Assembly (NCBI GenBank): GCA_051252135.1
Contig: JBPOGH010000003.1
Coordinates: 1 to 64,000, forward strand
Origin: Verrucomicrobiaceae bacterium
GTDB lineage: Bacteria; Verrucomicrobiota; Verrucomicrobiia; Verrucomicrobiales; Akkermansiaceae
Reading direction: 5' to 3'
Length of the DNA: 64,000 nucleotides
Part shown: positions 49,134 to 59,172 of the stretch, in pieces
Layout: every line of letters begins with the position of its first letter
How positions within the stretch are numbered: position 1 is the stretch's first letter
The notes under the pieces: model-generated
Database searches by the model: none
What the model was told of the DNA's origin: nothing
Seen by the model: only the letters and a program-made list of their open reading frames with translations
Program-made: the position numbers and the translations under genes

Positions 49134-49808
49134 TTACTTCCGGCGACGCAGGATCACCGCAAGGCCGGCAAGTCCCACCAGAACCGAACCCGATGGCTCG
49201 GGAATGGCTTGGGCAGTTCCGGTATTTCCGGAAAAGGACAGAATACTGGGATCGCTGGCAAACGAAACCCCGTTCACGAAAATGTCTGCACCCTGTTCCG
49301 TAAATTCGGCAACGGAAGACAGCGTCAACATGGCTCCGGGCGAAAGATTGACTCTGGTCGTCTCTGTTTGGCTGTTAATCGGGTCACCGGCCCCACGTAA
49401 GGTGTAGGAACTCGTGCCATCAACATTCAAGGTCAACCCTTCGGTCAGCCAAGTCGATGTCATCGACGAACCACCGAGGATATTGAGAACCGAGTTGGTG
49501 GGATCACCGTCGACAAACCCGTTCACCCCGCTACTCGGCGCAAAACTGGAGTTATTGAGCGTAATCGAATAACCACCACCCAGATCAAGCCGCCCGGTCC
49601 CAGTCAAACCGGAAGCACCGGTGACCGTCAGATCTTCATTGATGTCGACTGAAGGATCAATTGTCGACGTTCCATTGACCGCTCCGGTAAAATCCCAGTT
49701 GGCGTCATTGAAAAAGTCGGAGTCGGAAGCACCGGTCCAGACCACAACAGCCTGACTGGTAATTACAGAGACAGACAGGATGCCTGCGATGGATAGGATT
49801 TTTTTCAT
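49134..49808 (-). CDS. PEP-CTERM sorting domain protein
   Basis: MKKILSIAG..SQA; IPEPSGSVLVGLAGLAVILRRRK. Confidence 0.93.
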   Translation of the reverse strand: MKKILSIAGILSVSVITSQAVVVWTGASDSDFFNDANWDFTGAVNGTSTIDPSVDINEDLTVTGASGLTGTGRLDLGGGYSITLNNSSFAPSSGVNGFVDGDPTNSVLNILGGSSMTSTWLTEGLTLNVDGTSSYTLRGAGDPINSQTETTRVNLSPGAMLTLSSVAEFTEQGADIFVNGVSFASDPSILSFSGNTGTAQAIPEPSGSVLVGLAGLAVILRRRK

Positions 49809-50061
49809 AGGAGATAAGAAGCGAGGTTGTACTTTCCAGACAAAGGCGATTACGCCGAATTGCACTGGGGTCATACCAAAATCCCCCCTCGGGGCAAGCC
49901 AACAATCCCTGCCAATCAGTTGGTTAAGGTAGATTAAGTAAAAAAGGGCACTATCCTTCGCAGAGAACGATCTCTCCTCCCCTAAAATCGACCATCCTTT
50001 TCAAAAGTCTCCTCCTTTGGTCAAAACCACCACTTTGCAAGAACCGCCCCCCCATTGGGCA

Positions 50062-53000
50062 TCACTCGCCAACCGGAGCCAATCGGTAATAGCGTTGCGA
50101 AGCTGTCGCGATTTCTTCGTCCGGCACCTCAATCAACCCGTCCGAAGGGACAAACGTTCCCATCGAAACCCAGCTTTGAAGATCGCTGGACACCTGAACG
50201 TCAACGGAAGCCCCGGATAACCCTAAAACGCGAAACTGAATCCCTCCGGTCTCGGGAAATTCCAGAGTTACCCTCCGGAAAGTCGCGGAAGCTTCAGAAA
50301 CTCCCTCAACAGGGGCGCTTGTTCCGTCAAAAGACGATGTTCCGCTAAAGCTTGCCGGCAATTTCTCATCCTCGGGCGGCAGAAGTGTGTAGAAAAACTC
50401 CCGCGCTTCATCGCCCACAAAGGGGCCCCACTTCAGCAAATTGTTGGTCGTATCATGGTCACCCGGGGCAGCCACGCTTACGACATTCCACCCCCCCGGA
50501 ACCGCCTCCTGAATGGCCCAGGCCGTCGTCCCGCTCGGTGGCTGGGCCGAAAGTTTGACCTGAAGCGCTTGGCCCGGGACATAAGTTTTCCCCACCAATC
50601 TTTCCACTCCTGCCTCCACACTTGCAGCCCCCTCGCTCGCATCTGCGGCGACCTGAAAACATGGAATCCACGAAAGCGGGGGAGCCGTGATCGAGGAGTC
50701 CACTTCGTAACACTCTCCCATCTGCCAAAGGACAGCCGCACGGGTCACAAAATCGATCGGAATCGGATCCGGATTAACCGGCCACGAAGCCCCCGTCCGC
50801 CAGGCGGCCCCGTACGCCGTGACTTCTTGGACCTCAATGCGCCAGTCGGCGGAATTTTCATCGGCGGGGTGCCGGGGCAGGGCGATAAATTCACTGTCGC
50901 CGGTCGTATCGCTCGTGAAGCCGTCCGCGGAGCTTGCACCAAAGAGTTGGGATGACCCCGCGGCGTCCGGAGCTGGAACAACCCGATAAGACAAGATGCG
51001 CGGAAGATCATCGTAAAAGGGGCCAAACTTCACTTTCCCGGTAATGGGATCAAAACTGCCGCCCTGATTCATATCCGTTGCTTGCCACCCCGCAGGCAGC
51101 AACTCTTCGTGAGCGTAGACTTGCGTGCCCGGAGTGGGACTTGCATCGAGAGTGACCAGGCGACGAAGAATGGTCCGCTCAATAAACGAAATCCCAACCG
51201 GCCCGTTCCCGCCGTGGAGCTTTGCAAGTCCGCTCACAGCAGTTCCGTCAAAGCTACTGAAGGTGCCTCCGATCAGGAAATCGTCATCGGGAAGAAGAAG
51301 AACGGAGCGAACAACGGCGCCTGCGCCATCAATACCCGTTCCCGGAGAAAAAGAGGAATCAATCTGACCATCGGCATGCAGTCTGACAATCCCGCTAAAT
51401 GCCTGCCCATCGACTGCCCGAAAGTCTCCCGCCACAAGAATCCGTCCATCGTCCTGCATTGCGACATCGTAGACGCTTCCGGAACTCACCAATGGAAGGT
51501 GGAAAGTCGGATCAAGGGATCCGTCCGGATTAAGGCGGACGAGATTGTGGACCAGCGCCCCATCGGCATCGTAGATATCCCCTCCGGCGAGAATCTTTCC
51601 GTCCCCTAGGACGGCAATGACACGGACCCGGGAAGCCAGGCCGGTTCCCGGAACGAAGTTGGTATCGAAAGTACCGTCTTCTTCGAATCTCGCAATCCCT
51701 CGAATCGTCACCCCGCCAATCGTCTGGAAGGTTCCTCCGGCGAGAATCTTTCCGTCGGTCTGGCGAGCGATGCAGGTGATCTCGCTGCTGGCTTCGGGAG
51801 AATTAAAACTCAAATCATAGGACCCGAAGGGCTGGGTGAGTCGATCAATACGATGTCCGTTGGGGGTACCCGAACCGGAAAACCATCCTGCCAAAACAAG
51901 CTTCCCGTCTGCCTGCTCGGCAAGGCCATGGACTGTTGCCGGCTCCCCGATCTCGGGGAAAAAATTCGTAATGTGCTGACCCGTCTCACCCCCAAATTTC
52001 GCAATCCCCGGCCGCCGGGATGATCCGACGTCGAGGAATTCACCGGCGACGAGAATCTCCCCGGTTGAGAGACTCAAAATATCGCGAACAAGGTCGTCGG
52101 GACCCGGCGGGTCGAAGGTGGTGTCGAGAGTACCGTCCGTTTCCAGTCGCCCGAAATTTCCACGGACTCCTCCACTCAGAGAGGTGAATTCTCCGCCCAC
52201 CAGAACCTTCCCGCTCCCCGGCTGGAGCGCCAATGCGGCCACCGTTCCGTCGCTGTTGATCGAACCCATGTAATTCTCGTCCAGAGTCCCCGGGATCGGT
52301 GGCACAGGGCCCGGCCCAATGACTCCCGTCAGGGAAAAGTCAAAACTGATGTCGCTGCTACCGGAAGATGATTGGTGAATTTCAACGGCAATAACATTGC
52401 GACCGGGCACCAGCAGGGACGGGTCGATCGTGAACGTAGCTTCGGCATTGTTCAGGATATTGCTCTGGGCTTGGGTTGTATTCCCGATCGCACTAACAGG
52501 AAGATTGATTCGTTCAACTTCAGTACCATTGAGGAAAATAATGGCTCCATCATCATAGAGGATCCACGCATCAAGTTCGGTGATCAGGTCGGCATTGGAC
52601 ACATTGATCACCCGGCGAAAATAGGTGGTAATGTAGCGCTCGTTCTCGTCCGGACCAAAACCTACCACAGTGGCTTCGTCTCCATCACCATAACCAAGTT
52701 GCGCATTCCCACTGTCCCAAATCGAAATATCATAGGGGTCCTCTTTCCAGGAACCGGAAGGGGTCGTCCCCTCGTCGTGATAATACCATTCATCTCCCGC
52801 CGGGATGTAGGGAATCGAAGTTCCGGCCGCAGGAGCAGAGGGGTTGGTGATGGCAAAGTTGTGATTCCCGCCAGCTGCAATGCCTATCGCAGGGCCCATG
52901 TCCGCTGGAATATCTTCTTGCCCGTGCCAGTTGCTGAACCCCCAAGCGACAATCGAACCGTCACTCCTGAGAGCGATGCTCCGGTCCAGAGCGCAGTCGA

Positions 53001-53763
53001 TAGCCGTCACTTGATCCAGCCCGGAAGGAATATCAGTTTGCCCGGAATTGTTACGCCCCCACGCAACGATCGTCCCATCGTTCAGCAGGGCAAGACTGTG
53101 ATAATCACCTGCCGAGATCGCTGCCACATTGCTCAGGCCTGCCGGAACATCAGTCTGCCCATACCCATTGTAGCCCCACGCAACAACAGTCCCGTTTGCC
53201 CGTAGAGCAAGACTGTGCCACCCGCCTCCGGCCACATCGACGATGTCGTCGAGTCCTGCCGGAACAGAAAGGGAACCAGGCACCCCAAATCCCCACGTTT
53301 CCACTTCCGAGTCGGCGGTCACCGCCAGTCCATGGTGGTTACCGGCTGATATCGCGGTCACCACCACCCCGTTAAGACTGGCCGGAGTATCGGCGTGATT
53401 CGTGAAACTCGGACCCCATGAAACAACTTCACCATTCGCCTTCAAGGCAATGCTGATCGTCTCTCCCGCAGCAACAGCTACAACATCATCAAGCCCTGCC
53501 GGAATCGTGCTCACGCCATCAGAATCCGTCCCATCGCCTCCCCATCCATGGACAGAGCCATTCTCCTCAACAACCAAAACGTGGTAACGGGCGGAGGAAG
53601 CGGAAACAATCTTCCCTTCCAGACCCGAAGGAATTTCGTTGGTTTGCCAGGAAGTGGACCCCCAATGAACCAAGGTGCCCGGCTCGGCGGCACCGGCGGC
53701 AAAAGAACCGAAAAAGCAGATCTCAAGGAGGACTGCCATGGCTACCGAAGCGTTGGTTTTCAT
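50062..53763 (-). CDS. Large secreted protein: RCC1-like repeats, jelly-roll domain, delta-60-like propeller repeats, duplicated beta-sandwich
   Basis: AG..HSLAL..GTVVAWG repeats; Q.DGKILAGG..RL..DGSLD.TF repeats. Confidence 0.85.
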   Translation of the reverse strand: MKTNASVAMAVLLEICFFGSFAAGAAEPGTLVHWGSTSWQTNEIPSGLEGKIVSASSARYHVLVVEENGSVHGWGGDGTDSDGVSTIPAGLDDVVAVAAGETISIALKANGEVVSWGPSFTNHADTPASLNGVVVTAISAGNHHGLAVTADSEVETWGFGVPGSLSVPAGLDDIVDVAGGGWHSLALRANGTVVAWGYNGYGQTDVPAGLSNVAAISAGDYHSLALLNDGTIVAWGRNNSGQTDIPSGLDQVTAIDCALDRSIALRSDGSIVAWGFSNWHGQEDIPADMGPAIGIAAGGNHNFAITNPSAPAAGTSIPYIPAGDEWYYHDEGTTPSGSWKEDPYDISIWDSGNAQLGYGDGDEATVVGFGPDENERYITTYFRRVINVSNADLITELDAWILYDDGAIIFLNGTEVERINLPVSAIGNTTQAQSNILNNAEATFTIDPSLLVPGRNVIAVEIHQSSSGSSDISFDFSLTGVIGPGPVPPIPGTLDENYMGSINSDGTVAALALQPGSGKVLVGGEFTSLSGGVRGNFGRLETDGTLDTTFDPPGPDDLVRDILSLSTGEILVAGEFLDVGSSRRPGIAKFGGETGQHITNFFPEIGEPATVHGLAEQADGKLVLAGWFSGSGTPNGHRIDRLTQPFGSYDLSFNSPEASSEITCIARQTDGKILAGGTFQTIGGVTIRGIARFEEDGTFDTNFVPGTGLASRVRVIAVLGDGKILAGGDIYDADGALVHNLVRLNPDGSLDPTFHLPLVSSGSVYDVAMQDDGRILVAGDFRAVDGQAFSGIVRLHADGQIDSSFSPGTGIDGAGAVVRSVLLLPDDDFLIGGTFSSFDGTAVSGLAKLHGGNGPVGISFIERTILRRLVTLDASPTPGTQVYAHEELLPAGWQATDMNQGGSFDPITGKVKFGPFYDDLPRILSYRVVPAPDAAGSSQLFGASSADGFTSDTTGDSEFIALPRHPADENSADWRIEVQEVTAYGAAWRTGASWPVNPDPIPIDFVTRAAVLWQMGECYEVDSSITAPPLSWIPCFQVAADASEGAASVEAGVERLVGKTYVPGQALQVKLSAQPPSGTTAWAIQEAVPGGWNVVSVAAPGDHDTTNNLLKWGPFVGDEAREFFYTLLPPEDEKLPASFSGTSSFDGTSAPVEGVSEASATFRRVTLEFPETGGIQFRVLGLSGASVDVQVSSDLQSWVSMGTFVPSDGLIEVPDEEIATASQRYYRLAPVGE

Positions 53764-53981
53764 GACTTTTTAGGGTGAGGGGAAAGAAAATCACACCAGC
53801 AGACTCTCCACTCCGGAAAGCGCTTGAGGTAATTCCACCTAAAAACCCGACTGAGGCTACCACCATTTTCGTTCCTAATCAACATTGGATCGTGTTTCGA
53901 CGCTTTAAGCCCCCCTCAATCAACGCATCACTCCCGTGGAAAAGAAGAAGATTCCCACGCCGCGTCCCGTATCAGAACACA

Positions 53982-55985
53982 ATGAAGTGTTCCCTCCTTG
54001 CTCTCGCCCTTTGCTCCTCAGCCGTTCTGGCCGATCCACCGCCGGTGAATCCCAACATCGGACACAATCACCACCTCCATCGTCACGGCGCCAAGCACGA
54101 GACCGTCGCTCCCACCGCCGACCGTTTCGATACCTCCCGCCAAAGCAAAGTCACCCTCCCCCTTCCCAACGAAAAGGACGCCTTCACCTTCGTCGTTTAC
54201 GGCGACCGCACCGGCGGCCCGGATAACGGAGTCTCCATCCTCGCCGACGCCGTCCGCGACACCAATCTCCTCGAGCCCGACTTCGTCATGACCGTTGGCG
54301 ATCTCATCAACGGCTACAGCAATGAGGACGTCTGGATGACCCAAATGAAGGAATACAAATCCATCATGAACGAACTCGCCTGCCCATGGTTCCCCGTCGC
54401 CGGAAATCACGACATCTACTGGCGCGGCGATGACCCATCCCAAAAACCGGAAGGAGAACTGGAAACGGCCTACGAAATGCACTTCGGCCCCCTCTGGTAT
54501 GCCTTCGAGCACAAGAATTCCTGGTTCGTCGTCCTTTATTCCGACGAGGGCGACCCCAAGACCGGCGAGAAAACCTTCGGCAAACCATCCGCCCAAAAGA
54601 TCAGTCCCGAACAATTCACCTGGCTCGACCAAACTCTCAAAAAGGCCAAGGACGCCGAGCACGTCTTCCTCTTCCTCCACCACCCCCGCTGGCTCGGCCG
54701 CGGTTATGGTGACGATTGGGAACGCGTCCACAAACGCCTCAAAGAAGCCGGAAACGTCTCCGCTGTCTTCGCCGGTCACATTCACACCATGCGCTACGAT
54801 GGCCCCCGCGATGGCATCGAATACGTCACCCTCGCCACCACCGGCGGCCACCAGTCCGGAGCCATCCCCCAAGCCGGTTTCCTCCATCACTACGACATCG
54901 TCACCGTCCGCAAGGACCGCATCTCTCTCGCCGCCGTCCCCGTGGGCGAAGTCCTCGACGTCCGTGAAATCACCGGCGACCTCATCGCCCAGGTAAACAA
55001 AATCAAGAGCTCCCCGGTAAAAATCACCCCGCCACTCCCTCTCGGACACGAGGCCGGCGGCCGCCATTCCCTGACTGTAACCCTCACCAATCCCGGTGAC
55101 CGTCCCCTCGCCACCGTCCTCACCCATGGCACCCCCGGCTCAGCCTTCCATTGCCAGCCCGACCACCACCACGCCACCCTCAAACCCGGCGCATCACAGA
55201 CCTTCAACTTTGACCTCTCCTGGAACTCAACGGCCACCCTGGGCAGCTTCATCACCCCGACCTTCCACCTCGACACCGAATACCTCGCCAAAGGATTCGC
55301 CTACGAAATCCCACGCCGCACCCTCACTGTCCCCCTCGATCTTCAGCTCGCCCAAAACGATGACCTCCCCAATGGAGCGGCGCGATTCGATGGTGCCACC
55401 CAATCCCTCTCCGTTCCTGCAAACCGGTTCAAAATCACCGGAGATCTCACCCTCGAATGCCGCTTCAAGGCAGACTCCTTCCCCGGCCGCACCGGCCTCG
55501 TCACCAAAACCGAAAACTCCGGCTACGGAATCTTCATCAGCGATGGCAGACCCCAGTTCAGCATCTTCATCGGAGGAGAATATCTCAACGCCATCGCAGA
55601 TTCCCCTCTCCTCAAAGTCGACACCTGGCACCAACTCGCAGCCGTCTACGATGGCTCCGAAGCCCGCCTCTACCTCGATGGCAAACTCATCGCCTCCGCA
55701 AGCCGAAAAGGAAAACTAAAAGACAACCGACTCCCCCTCATCATCGGAGGTGACGTCAACGGTCAGGGCCGCGCGGTCTCCCCTTTTGCCGGCCTCATCG
55801 ACTTCGTTCGCCTCACCCCGTCCGCCCTCTACACCGGACCGGACATGACTCCTGCTAACTCAAATAAAGAAGCCCTCATCCATCTCCCCCTCAACGAAAA
55901 CATCGGCCCCTGGCACCCCGACGCCTCGCCATCAAAAGCCCACGCCATGGCCACCGGCGGCGTGACCATCGAAACACTTGAGTAA
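53982..55985 (+). CDS. Secreted calcineurin-like metallophosphoesterase with C-terminal LamG-like domain
   Basis: GD, VGDLI, GNHD, HH, GHIH; WHQLAAVYDG...LYLDG. Confidence 0.88.
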   Translation: MKCSLLALALCSSAVLADPPPVNPNIGHNHHLHRHGAKHETVAPTADRFDTSRQSKVTLPLPNEKDAFTFVVYGDRTGGPDNGVSILADAVRDTNLLEPDFVMTVGDLINGYSNEDVWMTQMKEYKSIMNELACPWFPVAGNHDIYWRGDDPSQKPEGELETAYEMHFGPLWYAFEHKNSWFVVLYSDEGDPKTGEKTFGKPSAQKISPEQFTWLDQTLKKAKDAEHVFLFLHHPRWLGRGYGDDWERVHKRLKEAGNVSAVFAGHIHTMRYDGPRDGIEYVTLATTGGHQSGAIPQAGFLHHYDIVTVRKDRISLAAVPVGEVLDVREITGDLIAQVNKIKSSPVKITPPLPLGHEAGGRHSLTVTLTNPGDRPLATVLTHGTPGSAFHCQPDHHHATLKPGASQTFNFDLSWNSTATLGSFITPTFHLDTEYLAKGFAYEIPRRTLTVPLDLQLAQNDDLPNGAARFDGATQSLSVPANRFKITGDLTLECRFKADSFPGRTGLVTKTENSGYGIFISDGRPQFSIFIGGEYLNAIADSPLLKVDTWHQLAAVYDGSEARLYLDGKLIASASRKGKLKDNRLPLIIGGDVNGQGRAVSPFAGLIDFVRLTPSALYTGPDMTPANSNKEALIHLPLNENIGPWHPDASPSKAHAMATGGVTIETLE

Positions 55986-56070
55986 GTTACTCGCTTTCTC
56001 CTCAGCGAAGCTGCAATTCTTTCAAGGCCCCAAAAAAGAGAACACTCGTTGGGCATTTTTCAGACGTCCT

Positions 56071-56562
56071 CTAAAGTCGCACTTTCACCACCAGCTTCCG
56101 AACCAGCTCCGCCTGTCCAATCTCCAGACCGGGACGATGACCGTCAACCGGCAGGTAGATCGCAACGTCACCAGCCTCCAGTCGCAAAACCGAGCCTTTC
56201 TCGTAGTTTTCAAAGTAGAGCATGTCCCGCTGCGGTGAAAGATCCTCCACCAACTTCAGATTTTCCACCTTGGTCACATCCATCCGCTCCTCACCGGCGA
56301 GGATCACCTGGACATCCGCCCATTCGCGATGGGACTCCCAACGCACCTCCGCCGGCCTCTTCGTCAGATAAGCTTCCTCAATCAGAAAAATCCCGTCGCT
56401 CACCTCAAGCCTGATCGACTCCCCTTCCGCCCGCGAAAACGCCCGCTCCCGCTCCTCGCTTCCCTCGTTGAGGTAACGAAGCACGATCTCTCTCGCTTCT
56501 TCCCAGCGCTCGCCCTTCGGCCACTGGTCTTTCAAATCGCCCGCCGGTCCAAAGATTGCCAT
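56071..56562 (-). CDS. YhcH/YjgK/YiaL family protein
   Basis: ESHREWADVQVIL.GEE; P.DGHRP; KLVVKV. Confidence 0.88.
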   Translation of the reverse strand: MAIFGPAGDLKDQWPKGERWEEAREIVLRYLNEGSEERERAFSRAEGESIRLEVSDGIFLIEEAYLTKRPAEVRWESHREWADVQVILAGEERMDVTKVENLKLVEDLSPQRDMLYFENYEKGSVLRLEAGDVAIYLPVDGHRPGLEIGQAELVRKLVVKVRL

Positions 56563-56664
56563 CCCGGACTCTCCCACCTGCGCTTTCACCTGACAAGCCT
56601 CACCCTAGGCATGACGGTTTCATCACCTCCTTTGACCCGCTGCGGTTCCCGGCGCCCGAAGCCC

Positions 56665-57579
56665 TCACCACTTGGCCGCCTTCGGCTTCGCCCCGGGAAT
56701 CCTGAGAGAAATCTGGTAGAGGGACGTCCTCGCGGTGATGTAGAGGTAGTCGTAGGAAACAGCGCCGAAACAAACATTGGCCGGACGCTCCGGAGTTTCG
56801 ATCACCCCCAGCTTCTTGCCCGTTTTGTCGAAGACATGAATGCCGCCTTCAGCAGTCGTATAAAGGTTCCCTTTGACGTCAACACACATCCCGTCACAGC
56901 GGACATCGAGCTCGAAGATGACGTCTGACAACGTGTGATCCTCTTTGATATCGAAAGCCCGCACCTTGCCAATTTTCCCGGTATCGGAAATGTAAACCCG
57001 CTCTTCGTCGGGGGAAAACACGATCCCGTTTGGCATATCGAATCCCGCATAAACCAAGGTCACCGCTCCCGATTTCGCATCGATCCGATAGACATTCTGG
57101 CCATCGATCTCCTGCCCGGCCTTGTCCCCGCCCAAGCCATAAGTGGGATCGGTGAACCAGATCGACCCGTCCGAGCGAATCGCCAGATCATTCGGTGAAT
57201 TGAATCTCTTCCCCTGATATTTGGAGGCCAGCACTTCGTGAGTCCCATCCGCTTTCCAACGGACCACGTTTCGGCCCGCGTGTTGGCAGGAAAGCAGATT
57301 TCCTTCCAGATCAACGATGTTTCCGTTCGTCGCTTCCACATCCCGGAGCTTGCTGTCCCCCTCGTCGGGATCCCACTGCATGTGGACCCGGTTGGGGATA
57401 TCGGAAAAAACGAGGATCTTCTTGGCCGGAAGCCAGACCGGACCCTCCGTAAATCGATAACCCGTGCCCAACTGGGTCAGTTCGGACTCTTTGCGGAGAA
57501 TGGAAGCGAGGCCTTCCTCAGCCGATGCGGGAAGCGCAAGAGCGAGAAGAGTCAGCAGAGCAGGGAACGGCATCTTCAT
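56665..57579 (-). CDS. SMP-30/gluconolactonase family protein
   Basis: FTEGPVW; FNSPND; PNGIVFSPDE; DGMCVD..GNLY; ANVCFG. Confidence 0.93.
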   Translation of the reverse strand: MKMPFPALLTLLALALPASAEEGLASILRKESELTQLGTGYRFTEGPVWLPAKKILVFSDIPNRVHMQWDPDEGDSKLRDVEATNGNIVDLEGNLLSCQHAGRNVVRWKADGTHEVLASKYQGKRFNSPNDLAIRSDGSIWFTDPTYGLGGDKAGQEIDGQNVYRIDAKSGAVTLVYAGFDMPNGIVFSPDEERVYISDTGKIGKVRAFDIKEDHTLSDVIFELDVRCDGMCVDVKGNLYTTAEGGIHVFDKTGKKLGVIETPERPANVCFGAVSYDYLYITARTSLYQISLRIPGAKPKAAKW

Positions 57580-57629
57580 GAAAACCAACCTACTCAAAAA
57601 TCGCCCGGGAGCGAAAGAAATAGAGCCCC

Positions 57630-58121
57630 CTACTTGCTCTTCACTGAATTCAAAATTCCCGTGATCGCTTTCGCATGCTTCTCGAGCGCCTCAATCGGGA
57701 TGATGTTGAAAAGCATGAACGATTCCTCGGAATCCTTCGGCGTGAAAACACAGCAGTTCACCGCAAAATCCACTTCCTCCATCGTCACTTTCGCATTCAA
57801 AAAAATCACATCGATTTCGTTCAGTTTTCCTTTCGCGGGATCATCACTGAACTGAATCCCCTTCAACTCCTCCTTGAGCCCCTCCTTCGCCATCTTGATC
57901 GCGTCATCAAGTGCCTCCGCTTCAAAAACCACCAACTCCATATTCGCCAGCTCATCCTTGGACGATGCCGAAACCGATTCATCCTCCATCGTCAGAGTCC
58001 ACTCATCCGGGAAGGAAATCGAAAACACCGGCTCCTCGGCCGGATAGTTGATGACCTGCTGCGCCAAGGAGGCCGTCGAGAGAAGGCACGACAATAGGGT
58101 GGAAAAAATCAGCTGTTTCAT
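57630..58121 (-). CDS. Secreted hypothetical protein
   Basis: Signal peptide MKQLIFSTLLSCLLSTASLA; FSISFPDEW. Confidence 0.75.
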   Translation of the reverse strand: MKQLIFSTLLSCLLSTASLAQQVINYPAEEPVFSISFPDEWTLTMEDESVSASSKDELANMELVVFEAEALDDAIKMAKEGLKEELKGIQFSDDPAKGKLNEIDVIFLNAKVTMEEVDFAVNCCVFTPKDSEESFMLFNIIPIEALEKHAKAITGILNSVKSK

Positions 58122-58242
58122 GAGTGGTCGGGTTCGGATTCTTTTGCCTCCCCTCGTACTCCCACCATGGGATTTTTCGGGAAAAACGGAGCTTTCTAAC
58201 AGATCATTACGATCCCATCCAGAATGAAACATCTCTCCCCAC

Positions 58243-58743
58243 TCACTTTTTCAACTCCTTCTTCCGGACCTTCACACTTCCCGCGCCGACGATATGGGTG
58301 ACCCAAACCCCCGTGATCGTCATTTTCTCCTCCTGATAACCGATCGTGACCGCATCCCCCACCTGGATCTCCCGCGCATCAGCAAGCGTCCCCTCCCACC
58401 ACTTCTTGATCCGGGCCTTCTGTTCCTCTGTCAAACGGTCTGGATCCGCTCCCGGCACCCCCGAGACATCCCTCCGGCTGGAATAAGGAACCACCTCGAA
58501 GGTGCAATCCACCACCTTCGCATACACCATTTGCGCCGGCTGCCCAAACGCGCTCGCATCACCATGCTCCGCATCACTCATGATCCGCTTGTGAAGCATC
58601 CCGCTTCCCACGATCACCACTCGTTCCTCTTCGATCGTGATCGAGGTCACCTTGTCCAGCTCCACCACCGACGAATTCCCTCCCCCAAAGCAGGGCACAA
58701 GCAGCACGAAAAGGAAACCAAATGCCCAAAGTAGTTTGTTCAT
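58243..58743 (-). CDS. Secreted hypothetical protein
   Basis: Signal-like N-terminus; strand-typical codon usage. Confidence 0.7.
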   Translation of the reverse strand: MNKLLWAFGFLFVLLVPCFGGGNSSVVELDKVTSITIEEERVVIVGSGMLHKRIMSDAEHGDASAFGQPAQMVYAKVVDCTFEVVPYSSRRDVSGVPGADPDRLTEEQKARIKKWWEGTLADAREIQVGDAVTIGYQEEKMTITGVWVTHIVGAGSVKVRKKELKK

Positions 58744-59172
58744 GGCAAAACCCTACCACATCCGGCACGGGATCACTGTCACGTGAATGTAAAATCCGTC
58801 GGCAGACCCACCGATTCCTGTCACTTGGAAGCTTTCGGTTCCGGATTCTTCTTTTCTCCCTTTCAATTCCTCCCCATGGCACGCAATGTCTCTCCCGCGC
58901 ATTGGCAGAAAGCTTCCGGATTTCAGCCTCCCCGCGAACAACAAAAATTGGGCATTCTTTACGCCAAATTTCACTTTCATGGAATTACACAAAATCTGTC
59001 TAACAGGTTCGTTTTTCCCGTAGTTTAAGCATTGTTGAGCCGTTTTTTCTTTGCCAGCGTGCCAGCCGCAGTCGCTGCACCATAGTGGCTTCCGCTGAAA
59101 TTTCTGAATGATTTCTACAAGGAAACTCAACCTGAATGGAAGCATTTGGAAAATCGAAACACTCGAACAACG

